Assembly (NCBI GenBank): GCA_963708025.1
Contig: CAVPSB010000032.1
Span: forward strand, 224,001-288,000
Reading direction: 5' to 3'
DNA: 64,000 bases
Origin: an uncultured Candidatus Rokubacteria bacterium
GTDB lineage: Bacteria; Methylomirabilota; Methylomirabilia; Rokubacteriales; DASRDR01
Notes under the pieces: generated by a model
Databases searched by the model: none
Told to the model about the DNA's origin: nothing
The model's input: the letters and a program-made list of their open reading frames with translations, nothing else
In this document: positions 16,129 to 26,651 of the stretch, in pieces
Numbering within the stretch: the stretch's first letter is position 1
Layout of the letters: each line of letters starts with the position of its first letter
Position numbers and translations under genes: made by a program

Positions 16129-16929
16129 CCACGGCTCCGGGACCCACCCCCAGCCGGTCCCGCGCGCTCCCTTCCCGCGCGAAGATCTCGACGCGTCCCG
16201 AGCTGTCCACCACGCTGCCCAGCGCACGGAGCGGTCGCTCGCGGTAAGTCCCCACGATCCCCTCGATCCGCTGACCGCCGATCTCCAGCACGCAGTCCGC
16301 CCGGGGGCCCGGCAGATCGATCGGCCGCAGGTTGGTGAGCAAGTTGCCGAACCGGTCGGCGAGCAGGACCTGGCCGATCAGCCGCCGGCCCCGGCGCGAT
16401 GGCCGGGGCCAGTCGAGGCAGACGGGGTGGCGGGCCGGCGGCCCGAAGCGCTCGAGCGGCACCCCGAGTGAGCAGTGCGCGGCGGCCGGGGCGAAGACGT
16501 CCCTCGCGTGGAAGGTCCGGCTCACGGCGCCGCCGATCCGATGGTACGCGGAATTCGCGAGCCTCACCACCCGGAGGCGTGGGGCGGTCAGAAGGAAGCC
16601 GAAGAGCCCGTTGTCGGGGCCGACGAAGTAGTGCCCGTCGGCCGCGAGGGCCAGCGCGGGCCGGGGTCCCCCGACCCCGGGATCCACCACCGCCAGGTGG
16701 ACCGTGCCGCGGGGAAAGAACCGGTAGGCGGCGTCCAGCACGAGGGCCCCGCGAAGCACGTCCTGGGGGGGACGGCGTGGGTCAGGTCCACGAGGCGGGC
16801 GGCCGGGTTGATCGCCAGGATCACGCCCTTCACGATCCCGACGTAGGCATCGTCGAGCCCGAAGTCCGTGACGAGCGTCACGATCCCGCTGGGCGCCGGC
16901 CCCCGGCGTCCCGGCCCCACCCTGGGCAT
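16004..16929 (-). CDS. SAM hydroxide adenosyltransferase / chlorinase-like (DUF62); frameshift in G-run near 16765
   Basis: TLVTDFG..D.YVG..KGVI, then VHLAVVDPGVG, GPDNG, TFHARDVFAP, DRFGN in a second frame. Confidence 0.88.
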
Positions 16930-17948
16930 TACCGGTCGCGCTGGATGACGTACTCCGCGATGAGCCTCAGCACCTCGCGCTCACCCGACGGCGGGAACCG
17001 GTCCAGCCGCTCGGTGGCCTCCCTCGCGTACGCCGCGGCCCGGGCGACCGCGTACCCGACGCCGTCGTACATCTTCACCAGGCGGTGGACGTCGGCGACG
17101 TCCCGCTCCGCCCGGGCAGAGTCGGGCTCGGGCCGCGCCGAGCGGCCCAGCGCCTCCAGGATCCGCGCCTGCTCGGCAGGGGTCGCCCGCTCCAGGGTGG
17201 CGATGAGCGGCAGCGTCCGCTTCCCCTCGCGGAGGTCGGTGCCGATCGCCTTGCCGAACCGCGCCTCGTCGGCCTCGAAATCGAGCGAGTCGTCGATGAT
17301 CTGGAACGCGATCCCCAGCCCCTCCCCGAAAGCCGCCAGCGCCTCGATCGACGCCGGGTCGAGCCGCCCGAGGACGCCGCCGATCCGGCAGCAGGCCGAC
17401 ATGAACGTCGCCGTCTTCTGCCGGATGATCCGGAGGTAGTCGACCTCGGTCAGCCCGGCGTCGCGCTTGCGCTCGAGCTGGAAGACCTCGGCCTCGGTCA
17501 TCGACACCATCGCCGTCGCCAGGGACTCCATGACGCCCAGGTCCCCGTCGGCCACCAGGAGCGCCATGCAGCGGGAATAGAGGTGGTCCCCGACCAGGAT
17601 CGCCGCGTCGTCGCCCCACCGGGCGTTCGCCGAGGCGCGCCCGCGTCGCAGCGGCGCCCGATCGACGACGTCGTCGTGGATGAGCGTGGCCGTATGGAGC
17701 AGCTCGACGACGCACCCCAGCCGAGCCGCGCGCGCCGCCGATCCGCGGGCCAGCCGCGCGCACAGCAGCACCAGGATCGGCCGGAGGCGCTTCCCGCCGG
17801 CGAGCGCGACGTACTCGGTGAGGTCGCGGATGAGCGCGACCGGAGACCCGGCCAGTTCGCGGCGGATCTCGGCCTCGCAGGCGCCCAGCTCCGCGCCGAC
17901 CAGCTCGTCGAGGCGCGCCCGGAGCGTCCCCTCGAGGGGAACGGTCAC
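16929..17948 (-). CDS. polyprenyl diphosphate synthase (IspB-like)
   Basis: GGKRLRP, LIHDDVVD..RRG, FQIIDD, DLREGK. Confidence 0.93.
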   Translation of the reverse strand: MTVPLEGTLRARLDELVGAELGACEAEIRRELAGSPVALIRDLTEYVALAGGKRLRPILVLLCARLARGSAARAARLGCVVELLHTATLIHDDVVDRAPLRRGRASANARWGDDAAILVGDHLYSRCMALLVADGDLGVMESLATAMVSMTEAEVFQLERKRDAGLTEVDYLRIIRQKTATFMSACCRIGGVLGRLDPASIEALAAFGEGLGIAFQIIDDSLDFEADEARFGKAIGTDLREGKRTLPLIATLERATPAEQARILEALGRSARPEPDSARAERDVADVHRLVKMYDGVGYAVARAAAYAREATERLDRFPPSGEREVLRLIAEYVIQRDR

Positions 17949-17996
17949 GCCGGGCTCGTGGGAGTGGGCACCCGTCGGTCGGTCACGGGGGCGGGG

Positions 17997-18872
17997 TCAG
18001 CGAGCGCGCGGCAGCTCGAGGCGGCTCCGCCGCATGTCGAACTGGCCGCCATCCGGATCGGGCTTGAGCACGCGGTCCTTCCAGACCAGTACGAGGCCCG
18101 GGGTGCCGCCCTGGAAGGCCGCGGCCGGCACGCGGATGAAGACCCGGTCGGCCTCGCGCCAGTCGCCCACGTTGGTGGTCGCCCGGTCCGCCGGCCCCAG
18201 CGTCGTCGTGTCCCCGTTCGTGAGGCTCTCGATCAGGCTCCGGGCCACCAGGAACTCGAGGCTGCCGACGCGGCCGAACGCGGTGGGAGGCACGGCGGGG
18301 GGGAGCCCGAACTGCGTGGCGATCACCGGGATCCCGACGCCCTGGATGATGGCTCGCCGGGCGAGTGCCACCGACTGGATCGGCCCGTCCGGCGGCACGA
18401 GCAACACCGTCTCCAGGACCTGGGTGATCGTGTTCAGCTCGCCGCCCAGCTCCAGCACGGCGACGTCACCGCCACGCGGGATCACGTCGATCTGGGTCCA
18501 CGCCGAGGCGCCGGCCGCCGGGCGGACGCTCAGGTCGAAGGCCCCGCGGCCCCCCAGCGGAGCCGCCTCCTCGGGCGACAGCACACGGATCGACTTCAGG
18601 ACCAGCGAAGATCGCTGGATCAGGCCCCGCTGCCACCAGAAGACCGCCCGGTCCACGACGCCTCCGTCGAGGGCCTGGCGAAGCTCGGGGGTCACCGCCG
18701 ACTGGACCGACCAAGAGCTGCGGTGCTGGTTCACCGACCACTGGGGCACCAGCGCGAGCCGGAGCGTGAGGGGGGCGGTCTGGGCCCCCACGGCCAGCGG
18801 CCCGACGGCGAGCAGCCCCAGCACGGACAGCAGGACGATCGGCGTGGCGGCGGAGCGGAAAAGCGTTGGCAT
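17997..18872 (-). CDS. hypothetical exported protein
   Basis: Signal-peptide-like N-terminus (..LAVGA-Q), normal GC3 codon bias, no recognisable motif. Confidence 0.75.
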   Translation of the reverse strand: MPTLFRSAATPIVLLSVLGLLAVGPLAVGAQTAPLTLRLALVPQWSVNQHRSSWSVQSAVTPELRQALDGGVVDRAVFWWQRGLIQRSSLVLKSIRVLSPEEAAPLGGRGAFDLSVRPAAGASAWTQIDVIPRGGDVAVLELGGELNTITQVLETVLLVPPDGPIQSVALARRAIIQGVGIPVIATQFGLPPAVPPTAFGRVGSLEFLVARSLIESLTNGDTTTLGPADRATTNVGDWREADRVFIRVPAAAFQGGTPGLVLVWKDRVLKPDPDGGQFDMRRSRLELPRAR

Positions 18873-18994
18873 GGCGCGCACCCCCGCACCATTGTCGCTC
18901 CCCGCTCCGGGGAATCAAGCGGAAAAGCGGCGCGGTGGCGTGGCCCGTTGCCCGGGCGTCGGGAGCCCCGACGCCGGCTCGAGCCCTCGCCACG

Positions 18995-19031
18995 AAACAA
19001 AGACGCCCCGGGGGTGGCCCCCCGGGGCGTC
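18995..19031 (-). terminator. intrinsic terminator of porin copy 1 (identical copy at about 20977-21013)
   Basis: GACGCCCCGGGG-loop-CCCCGGGGCGTC followed by TTTGTTT on the minus strand. Confidence 0.8.
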
Positions 19032-19047
19032 GGTGAAACGGCGGGAG

Positions 19048-20595
19048 CTAGAAGGAGAACTGCGTCCGGAAGGTCAAACCCCACGCAGTGTCGCCCTGGT
19101 CCGGGACGGCCACACCGCCGATGAGCGAGAGCGTGAGGTTCGGGTTGTAGCGATAGACCGCGCCGGCGTCGAACTCGACGACCCAGTCGCCGTACACGCC
19201 ACCGCCGCACGGAGACAGGTTGGAGACCCCAGCCACGGCCGCGATGCAGCTCCCGGAGTCTTCCACGGCGCCCAGGTAGCCGGCGCCGCCGCCGACCGAG
19301 AAGGCCGGGGTGATGGAGTAGATGGCCGATCCGCCGAAGCCATACGTGCCGGTCGAGTCCGAGTAATGCGTGGAGCCGAAGCCCGGGGCGCCGATCGACG
19401 CCAGGCCGCGAATGAACTCCATGACGTACGGCACGCTGGACCACGAGGCCTGGGTGATCGGGAGAGGCAGCCGGTCCGAGTCCTGGATCAGCTTGGTCGA
19501 GTTGTTGTTGGTGGTGAAGTCGATCCCCGGAACCAGGCTGGTGCAGGCGGGGTGCGCCGTCACGTCCTCGCAGCCCCCACCCGCGATCCGGGTCTTGTCG
19601 CCGCTCTCGTACCAGGCGTGCCACCAGGTGGCCAGGGGCCCGAGGGGCACCTGGCCGACGAACTGGAAGCCGTACCCGGTCTCCTCGATCGTTTCACTGA
19701 GGCCGGCCGCTGACCGGGGCGCCGAAAACAGCGTGCGCTGGCCGTACACGGCCGAGAAGTGCAGGCCGAAGGCACCGATCTTCGTCGCGGCGGTGGCGCC
19801 GATCCAGAAGTTGTCCCCGAAGTCCGTCGACACGCACGTCCCGGTCCCCCCCGCGGCCGCCGGCGCCCGACGGGCCATGCACTGGGTGTTGACGAGCATG
19901 AACTCACCGGTGACCCGGGTTTCCGGCGTGATGTTGAAGCCGAGACGCGCCGCATACATGTCGTTGTCGTCGGCGCTGGCCCGGGTGTTCTCGTCGATCT
20001 TGACCGTGTAGAGCTGGAGATCGACGGGATCCCACCTGAAGTTGAGCTGGATGCCCCACCCGTCGTCATCCATGAACGCGCCGGCCGGGCTCGTCATGAA
20101 GACGATGTTGTGCGCACCCAGCAGGATGTTCGAGTTCGGCATGCCCGGGATGTTGAACTGCAGGTAGAGGTTCTTGGTCTCGACGTTCGCGCCGTCCGAG
20201 CCGAGCCCACCGCCCTGGCTGGTGCCGTTCCGGGCGTTGGTGCCGGTGCCGTACTCGTCGCCGGAGGCGCCGCCCCCGAGCCCGTACGTGATGTCGCCGA
20301 CCTCGATCGCCCATACCACCTTGGCGTTCTTGTCGGCCGACTCCACCGTGGTGTACAGCCGCCAGCGCTGGAAGTAGTAGGACTCGCTGTCCTTGGCGCG
20401 ACCGATGTTCGTTTGCGGGAAGATATCGCTCGCCTTGCCGGTGTCGTTGAAGTCCGTGAAGTTGTCCCAGACCAGGCCGAATACCCGCATCTGGCCGCCG
20501 AACGTCACGGTGAAGTTCGGCTGCTGCGCTGTGGCGGGCAGAGCAGTCGTCAGGATCACGACCGCCGCCGCGACTAGCATCCCCAGTCGCTTCAT
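19048..20595 (-). CDS. outer-membrane beta-barrel / homotrimeric porin-like protein, copy 1
   Basis: GGAGG RBS, signal peptide (ATA-Q), QRWRL..EVGDITYG..GGGLGSDGANVETKNLYL resembling deltaproteobacterial porins, C-terminal Phe beta-signal (TQFSF). Confidence 0.8.
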   Translation of the reverse strand: MKRLGMLVAAAVVILTTALPATAQQPNFTVTFGGQMRVFGLVWDNFTDFNDTGKASDIFPQTNIGRAKDSESYYFQRWRLYTTVESADKNAKVVWAIEVGDITYGLGGGASGDEYGTGTNARNGTSQGGGLGSDGANVETKNLYLQFNIPGMPNSNILLGAHNIVFMTSPAGAFMDDDGWGIQLNFRWDPVDLQLYTVKIDENTRASADDNDMYAARLGFNITPETRVTGEFMLVNTQCMARRAPAAAGGTGTCVSTDFGDNFWIGATAATKIGAFGLHFSAVYGQRTLFSAPRSAAGLSETIEETGYGFQFVGQVPLGPLATWWHAWYESGDKTRIAGGGCEDVTAHPACTSLVPGIDFTTNNNSTKLIQDSDRLPLPITQASWSSVPYVMEFIRGLASIGAPGFGSTHYSDSTGTYGFGGSAIYSITPAFSVGGGAGYLGAVEDSGSCIAAVAGVSNLSPCGGGVYGDWVVEFDAGAVYRYNPNLTLSLIGGVAVPDQGDTAWGLTFRTQFSF

Positions 20596-21029
20596 CCTGC
20601 ACCTCCGTCGCCACTCCCGAGAAGTGGCCGATCCGCATCCGAAACCGTGCACTGCTGGAACGAGGTCATGATGAGATCCGTCGGTCTGCGGAACCGTCCG
20701 GCAGGTTAGTGCCCGCCCACCACCCCCTTCGAACTGCTGTAGTCAGGAACGAACATGGTGCCGCTACGGATACAAAGCCGCCGACACTATAGCACCGCCA
20801 AGGGGGAGGGGGCGTCAACATAATGCCCCCTTCTCGGCCCCGGGGGGCGTCTCCTCCCCCCCGGGGGGCACCACTGTCGCTCCCCGCTCCGGGGAATCAA
20901 GCGGAAAAGCGGCGCGGTGGCGTGGCCCGTTGCCCGGGCGTCGGGAGCCCCGACGCCGGCTCGAGCCCTCGCCACGAAACAAAGACGCCCCGGGGGTGGC
21001 CCCCCGGGGCGTCGGTGAAACGGCGGGAG

Positions 21030-22577
21030 CTAGAAGGAGAACTGCGTCCGGAAGGTCAAACCCCACGCAGTGTCGCCCTGGTCCGGGACGGCCACACCGC
21101 CGATGAGCGAGAGCGTGAGGTTCGGGTTGTAGCGATAGACCGCGCCGGCGTCGAACTCGACGACCCAGTCGCCGTACACGCCACCGCCGCACGGAGACAG
21201 GTTGGAGACCCCAGCCACGGCCGCGATGCAGCTCCCGGAGTCTTCCACGGCGCCCAGGTAGCCGGCGCCGCCGCCGACCGAGAAGGCCGGGGTGATGGAG
21301 TAGATGGCCGATCCGCCGAAGCCATACGTGCCGGTCGAGTCCGAGTAATGCGTGGAGCCGAAGCCCGGGGCGCCGATCGACGCCAGGCCGCGAATGAACT
21401 CCATGACGTACGGCACGCTGGACCACGAGGCCTGGGTGATCGGGAGAGGCAGCCGGTCCGAGTCCTGGATCAGCTTGGTCGAGTTGTTGTTGGTGGTGAA
21501 GTCGATCCCCGGAACCAGGCTGGTGCAGGCGGGGTGCGCCGTCACGTCCTCGCAGCCCCCACCCGCGATCCGGGTCTTGTCGCCGCTCTCGTACCAGGCG
21601 TGCCACCAGGTGGCCAGGGGCCCGAGGGGCACCTGGCCGACGAACTGGAAGCCGTACCCGGTCTCCTCGATCGTTTCACTGAGGCCGGCCGCTGACCGGG
21701 GCGCCGAAAACAGCGTGCGCTGGCCGTACACGGCCGAGAAGTGCAGGCCGAAGGCACCGATCTTCGTCGCGGCGGTGGCGCCGATCCAGAAGTTGTCCCC
21801 GAAGTCCGTCGACACGCACGTCCCGGTCCCCCCCGCGGCCGCCGGCGCCCGACGGGCCATGCACTGGGTGTTGACGACCATGAACTCACCGGTGACCCGG
21901 GTTTCCGGCGTGATGTTGAAGCCGAGACGCGCCGCATACATGTCGTTGTCGTCGGCGCTGGCCCGGGTGTTCTCGTCGATCTTGACCGTGTAGAGCTGGA
22001 GATCGACGGGATCCCACCTGAAGTTGAGCTGGATGCCCCACCCGTCGTCATCCATGAACGCGCCGGCCGGGCTCGTCATGAAGACGATGTTGTGCGCACC
22101 CAGCAGGATGTTCGAGTTCGGCATGCCCGGGATGTTGAACTGCAGGTAGAGGTTCTTGGTCTCGACGTTCGCGCCGTCCGAGCCGAGCCCACCGCCCTGG
22201 CTGGTGCCGTTCCGGGCGTTGGTGCCGGTGCCGTACTCGTCGCCGGAGGCGCCGCCCCCGAGCCCGTACGTGATGTCGCCGACCTCGATCGCCCATACCA
22301 CCTTGGCGTTCTTGTCGGCCGACTCCACCGTGGTGTACAGCCGCCAGCGCTGGAAGTAGTAGGACTCGCTGTCCTTGGCGCGACCGATGTTCGTTTGCGG
22401 GAAGATATCGCTCGCCTTGTCGGTGTCGTTGAAGTCCGTGAAGTTGTCCCAGACCAGGCCGAATACCCGCATCTGGCCGCCGAACGTCACGGTGAAGTTC
22501 GGCTGCTGCGCTGTGGCGGGCAGAGCAGTCGTCAGGATCACGACCGCCGCCGCGACTAGCATCCCCAGTCGCTTCAT
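21030..22577 (-). CDS. outer-membrane porin-like protein, copy 2
   Basis: Identical to copy 1 except G>D (22420) and L>V (21878). Confidence 0.8.
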   Translation of the reverse strand: MKRLGMLVAAAVVILTTALPATAQQPNFTVTFGGQMRVFGLVWDNFTDFNDTDKASDIFPQTNIGRAKDSESYYFQRWRLYTTVESADKNAKVVWAIEVGDITYGLGGGASGDEYGTGTNARNGTSQGGGLGSDGANVETKNLYLQFNIPGMPNSNILLGAHNIVFMTSPAGAFMDDDGWGIQLNFRWDPVDLQLYTVKIDENTRASADDNDMYAARLGFNITPETRVTGEFMVVNTQCMARRAPAAAGGTGTCVSTDFGDNFWIGATAATKIGAFGLHFSAVYGQRTLFSAPRSAAGLSETIEETGYGFQFVGQVPLGPLATWWHAWYESGDKTRIAGGGCEDVTAHPACTSLVPGIDFTTNNNSTKLIQDSDRLPLPITQASWSSVPYVMEFIRGLASIGAPGFGSTHYSDSTGTYGFGGSAIYSITPAFSVGGGAGYLGAVEDSGSCIAAVAGVSNLSPCGGGVYGDWVVEFDAGAVYRYNPNLTLSLIGGVAVPDQGDTAWGLTFRTQFSF

Positions 22578-22767
22578 CCTGCACCTCCGTCGCCACTCCC
22601 GAGAAGTGGCCGATCCGCATCCGAAACCGTGCACTGCTGGAACGAGGTCATGATGAGATCCGTCGGTCTGCGGAACCGTCCGGCAGGTTGGTGCCCGCCC
22701 ACCACCCCCTTCGAACTGCTGTGGTCAGGAACGAACATGGTACCGCTATGGATACGAAGCCGCCGGC

Positions 22768-22797
22768 ACTATAGCATCGGCAAAAAAAATGTGTCAA
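22768..22797 (-). promoter_or_regulatory. near-consensus promoter of porin copy 2
   Basis: TTGACA-N18-TATAGT, extended TG, T8 tract in spacer. Confidence 0.75.
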
Positions 22798-22919
22798 GGC
22801 CAAAACTTGCCGGGGTGGATCCTCGTGAGACCCCATCCCTGGGGGTCCGGAAGCCCCGCCCGCCACTCTCCAGGGGAGGTGGCCGGAGTCCGGCGCAGCC
22901 CCCTCCCCCGTTCTCGAAG

Positions 22920-23010
22920 TGCCGGCAGTTCCCATTCGGACCGCCTGCTGGCTTCTCGCAACCCCTCTGGCTCTGGCCGCACGGCCCTGGTGGTCCGCTC
23001 CGAGCCGCCT
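22920..23010 (-). repeat. family A repeat copy 4 (internal/3' part)
   Basis: CCGCCTGCTGGCTTCTCGCAACCCCTCTGGCTCTGGCCGCACGGCC aligns with 11866-11912; CCGGCAGTTCCCATT aligns with 9193-9207. Confidence 0.7.
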
Positions 23011-24825
23011 TCAGGGCAACTCGTACAGGACGAGGTGGGCCTTTCTCTGCACCAGGCCCAGGAACCGCGGCACCACCCCGACAACCACCTCGGGGGTGCC
23101 GTCCCCGTCGAGGTCGCCGTAGGCGAAGTCGGTGATGAAGCCCTCGGTGACCTGGCTCTGCCATACCCGATGGAACCCGCCGTCCCGCCACCGGAGGCGA
23201 TGCATCCGCCCCTCGGTGAAGGCGATGGGAGCGAGCCTCGGCAGCAGGGTGCGGAACTGCGAGCCCAGCGGGAGGAGGTTCTCCCACACCAGGACATCCA
23301 GCTCGTCGCCGGTCGTGCCCGCCACCGGGATCACGCGCCCGTAGATGCGTCCGATGGGCTCGATTCGATCGCGCGCCTCGCCCGAGGGCGCGTAGGCGAA
23401 GGTGACGGCCGCCCCGCCATAAGGATCGCCGCTCGTCCACAGCCTTTGCCCCTTCGCCGTCCAGACGGCCAGCCGGTCCTCGGGCAGAAGGGCGACGACC
23501 TCGGGGTCGGGGCTGCCGGTCAGCCGCATCAGGGCCAGCCCGTAGATGTTGACCCCGCTGGGCAGCTTGAGCCGCGTCGCTTCCTTGTAGGTGCCGTCCC
23601 GCCAGACGAGGCGCCGGACGCTCGAGTCGAACGGGAACGGCTCGCTCTGCCCGGCCGACTGCTCGAGGAGCCACCGCTCACGGCCGACGGACACGATGCG
23701 CAGGTAGCGACGGGTCGTCTCGTAGATCGGCTTGAACCGCTCGCCGTCCAGCTCCAGCACCGTCGAGGTGATCGGCAGGCCCTCGCCGCGATACTCGACG
23801 ACGACGAGCTGGGCGCGCCCGGTCCCGTTCAGGTCGGCCGCATCGACGGACAGCACCTGACCCTGGGTCGGCCTCCGCAGCTCCGCGCCACTCGGGGACG
23901 GGCCGACGTTCTCCTGCCACCGGTAGACCGTGAGCACCCGCTCGTCCGCCACCACCAGCTCGGCCCGGCCGTCGCCGTCCAGATCCGCCAGCGCCACCCC
24001 GCGCACCCCGCCCTCGAGGGGATGGCGGCGCTCGAGCTCGGGGGTCGTCTCCCAGGCGAAGCGCGGCTGGAAGTTCGCGCGAGCCAGCGGCAGGCTGCGC
24101 TCGATGAGGATCGCCCCGGTCCGCCCCGAGATCCAGACGATCTCCAGGGAGCGCGCCTTGCCGTCCTGGACCAGTCGCGAGGCCAGGACCGCGGGAGCCC
24201 GCAGCCGGCGAGCCGCCTCCAGCGGCGCCAGGGTCGCGCCGCCAGCCGCCGGCGTCACCGTCTCCAGCACCCGGCGCGGCTCCGCCGCAAGGAAGCGCCC
24301 CGTCTTTTCGAGGAGCGCCGAGAGGCGGGAGACGAGCAGGAGCGACGTCTGCGCGGCGGTCTCTCCCGGGACGTTCACGCCGAGCGTGGGCAGGACGGCC
24401 ACCGGGATGCGCCCCGCTGTGATCCGCGCCCCGTCCCCGACGACCGGCGCCAACGCGCCTTCCGTCACCGCCACACGGGCGGTGGCCTGGGTCCCCGAGA
24501 CGCCGGTCACGACGAGCACGCCGACCTCGTCCTCGGACTGTCCCAGTGGCTGGTTCGTGATGGGGTGCCGGAACGGCTCCCCCTTGCGGTAGGCCATCAG
24601 CTCGAGGCCGGGGCGGAGCGCGCCGACACCGGTCCCTTCCAGCCGCACCGTGTCGCCCTCCACGGCGACGACCCGGCTCTCGACTTTCGGGAAGGCGTCC
24701 CGCAGCTCCTGCGCGACCTGCTCGAAGGTGGCGCCCAGGTCCTGGAGCACGTCGGCCCGGGTCGCGCCCGGCACGGCGAGCGCGAGCAGCACGAGGGCGG
24801 CGAGAAGCGGTCGGCGCGCGCTCAA
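23011..24825 (-). CDS. exported FG-GAP/VCBS repeat protein
   Basis: Signal peptide, repeats [36 protein letters not shown] start overlaps the mcm stop. Confidence 0.85.
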   Translation of the reverse strand: MSARRPLLAALVLLALAVPGATRADVLQDLGATFEQVAQELRDAFPKVESRVVAVEGDTVRLEGTGVGALRPGLELMAYRKGEPFRHPITNQPLGQSEDEVGVLVVTGVSGTQATARVAVTEGALAPVVGDGARITAGRIPVAVLPTLGVNVPGETAAQTSLLLVSRLSALLEKTGRFLAAEPRRVLETVTPAAGGATLAPLEAARRLRAPAVLASRLVQDGKARSLEIVWISGRTGAILIERSLPLARANFQPRFAWETTPELERRHPLEGGVRGVALADLDGDGRAELVVADERVLTVYRWQENVGPSPSGAELRRPTQGQVLSVDAADLNGTGRAQLVVVEYRGEGLPITSTVLELDGERFKPIYETTRRYLRIVSVGRERWLLEQSAGQSEPFPFDSSVRRLVWRDGTYKEATRLKLPSGVNIYGLALMRLTGSPDPEVVALLPEDRLAVWTAKGQRLWTSGDPYGGAAVTFAYAPSGEARDRIEPIGRIYGRVIPVAGTTGDELDVLVWENLLPLGSQFRTLLPRLAPIAFTEGRMHRLRWRDGGFHRVWQSQVTEGFITDFAYGDLDGDGTPEVVVGVVPRFLGLVQRKAHLVLYELP

Positions 24826-26489
24826 AAGGCCACCGAGGGGTGGTGGACGCCGAATACCACCCGGAGCCGGTCGCAGATCTCGCCCAGCGTCGCCTGGGCG
24901 CGAACGGCGTCGAGCAGGCGGGGGAGCAGGTTCTCCGTCCCACGGGCGGCGTGCTCGACGGCGTCGAGCGCGCGGGCCGCGCCATCCCGGTCGCGGGCGG
25001 CCCGCAGGACGGCCAGCCGCTCGGCCAGGGCCGCCTCGACCCCCGGGTCCGGATGGAAGAGTCGGGTCGCCGGGGACTCCTCGCTGACGAACTCGTTCAC
25101 GCCTACCACCACGCGGCCCCCCGTCTCGACCGCCTGCTGGTAGCGGTAGGCTGCATCCTGGATCTCCCGCTGCATGAAGGGGATGGCCGCCACCGCCCCG
25201 CCCATGCCCTCGATCTTGTCGAGGTATGCCGTCGCGGCCTCCTCGATGTCGGTGGTGAGCCGCTCGACGTGGTAGGCGCCGCCGAGCGGGTCGACCGTCT
25301 CGGCGACACCCGACTCGTGGGCCAGGATCTGCTGCGTCCGGAGCGCGATGCGGACGGCCGCTTCCGACGGGAGGGCCAGGGCCTCGTCCATCGAGTTGGT
25401 GTGGAGCGACTGGCAGCCACCGAGGATGGCGGCCAGCGCCTGGACGGCCACCCGGACGATGTTGTTCTCGGGCTGCTGGGCGGTCAGCATCGAGCCGGCC
25501 GTCTGGGCGTGGAAGCGCAGCATGGCCGAGCGCGGGTCGCGGGCGCCGAAGCGCTCGCGCATGAGCCGGCCCCACAGGCGGCGGGCTGCCCGGAACTTCG
25601 CGACCTCCTCCAGCAGGTTGTTGTGGGCGTTGAAGAAGAAGGAGAGCTGGGGCGCGAACTCGTCGACCCGGAGACCGGCGGCCAGCGCCGCCTCCACGTA
25701 GGCGATCGCGTTGGCGAAGGTGAAGGCGACCTCCTGGACGGCGGTGGCGCCCGCCTCGCGCATGTGGTACCCGGAGATCGAGATCGTGTTCCAGCGCGGG
25801 ACCCGGTTCTTGCACCAGGCGAAGCTGTCGGTCACCAGGCGCATCGACGGAGCCGGCGGGAAGATGTAGGTGCCGCGGGCGATGTACTCCTTGAGGATGT
25901 CGTTCTGCACGGTGCCCCCGAGCCCGGCCGCCGGGACGCCGTGCCGCTCGGCGATGGCGACGTACAGCGCGAGCAGGATGGCCGCCGTGGCGTTGATCGT
26001 CATCGACGTGGTGACCCGGTCGAGCGGGATCTCCGCGAAGAGATCCGCCATGTCGGCCAGGCTCGAGATCGACACCCCCACGCGCCCGACCTCGCTGCGG
26101 GCGGCCGGGGCGTCCGCATCGTAGCCCATCTGGGTGGGCAGGTCGAACGCCACCGAGAGCCCGGTCTGGCCCTGCTCCAGGAGGTAGTGGAAGCGCCGGT
26201 TGGTCTCGGCCGCGGTGCCGAAGCCGGCGTACTGGCGCATCGTCCAGAGCCGCCCCCGGTACATGGAGGGCTGGACGCCCCGGGTGAACGGCGGCTCGCC
26301 CGGGAAGCCGAGCTCCCGGAGATAGTCGAGCCCCGCGGTGTCGGCCGGGGTCGAGAGCCGGGGCACGGCGGCGCCCCACGAGGTCTCGATCGGGGCTCGC
26401 TCGGGCGCCCGGCCGAGCGCCGGCCCCAGCGTGGTGTCGGACCACTCCCGCTGCGCCGCCTCGATTCGCTTCCGCTCCTGCTCGTCCAT
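24822..26489 (-). CDS. methylmalonyl-CoA mutase, large (substrate-binding) subunit
   Basis: [18 protein letters not shown] (Tyr), [20 protein letters not shown] (Arg), ISISGYH, QSLHTN; no B12-binding domain. Confidence 0.93.
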   Translation of the reverse strand: MDEQERKRIEAAQREWSDTTLGPALGRAPERAPIETSWGAAVPRLSTPADTAGLDYLRELGFPGEPPFTRGVQPSMYRGRLWTMRQYAGFGTAAETNRRFHYLLEQGQTGLSVAFDLPTQMGYDADAPAARSEVGRVGVSISSLADMADLFAEIPLDRVTTSMTINATAAILLALYVAIAERHGVPAAGLGGTVQNDILKEYIARGTYIFPPAPSMRLVTDSFAWCKNRVPRWNTISISGYHMREAGATAVQEVAFTFANAIAYVEAALAAGLRVDEFAPQLSFFFNAHNNLLEEVAKFRAARRLWGRLMRERFGARDPRSAMLRFHAQTAGSMLTAQQPENNIVRVAVQALAAILGGCQSLHTNSMDEALALPSEAAVRIALRTQQILAHESGVAETVDPLGGAYHVERLTTDIEEAATAYLDKIEGMGGAVAAIPFMQREIQDAAYRYQQAVETGGRVVVGVNEFVSEESPATRLFHPDPGVEAALAERLAVLRAARDRDGAARALDAVEHAARGTENLLPRLLDAVRAQATLGEICDRLRVVFGVHHPSVAF

Positions 26490-26504
26490 CAGATCCACCC
26501 TCAC

Positions 26505-26580
26505 CGTTTGACGGCCTGCGGCCTTTGGCGCCCCCTCCCGACCGATCGGACGGCCTGCGGCCTCTGGCGGGGGAGGGGAG
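26505..26580 (-). repeat. family C repeat carrying two 20-bp hairpin modules
   Basis: CCCCTCCC/GGGAGGGG stem with CCAGAGGCCGCAGGCCGTCC and CCAAAGGCCGCAGGCCGTCA on the minus strand. Confidence 0.8.
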
Positions 26581-26651
26581 TCACGCCAGCCACGGGCGGC
26601 GCCCGCCGGCTGTAGGGCTTCCTCGATCCTGTTTCAGCTGGCCCGCCGGGG

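Larger units (their letters stand above)
18886..22776. repeat. tandem duplication: 18886-20794 and 20868-22776 (period 1982 bp)
   Basis: Near-identical sequence; about 9 substitutions seen; 73-bp unique spacer between copies. Confidence 0.97.

Noticed and set aside
18886-22776. Diversity-generating retroelement template/variable repeat pair
   Set aside because: Whole gene is duplicated, differences are not adenine-specific in the CDS, and no reverse transcriptase is present.
23011-26445. 1144-aa ORF suggesting a mutase/FG-GAP fusion
   Set aside because: The upstream part is an off-frame read of mcm; the real gene starts with a signal peptide at 24825.
24822-26489. Isobutyryl-CoA mutase
   Set aside because: Tyr in RQYAGF and Arg in YIARG match methylmalonyl-CoA specificity.
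26505-26580. Paired 20-bp direct repeats as a mini-CRISPR (also 41240-41296, 32091-32193)
   Set aside because: Only two units each, the intervening sequences are conserved between loci, and no cas genes or leader are present.
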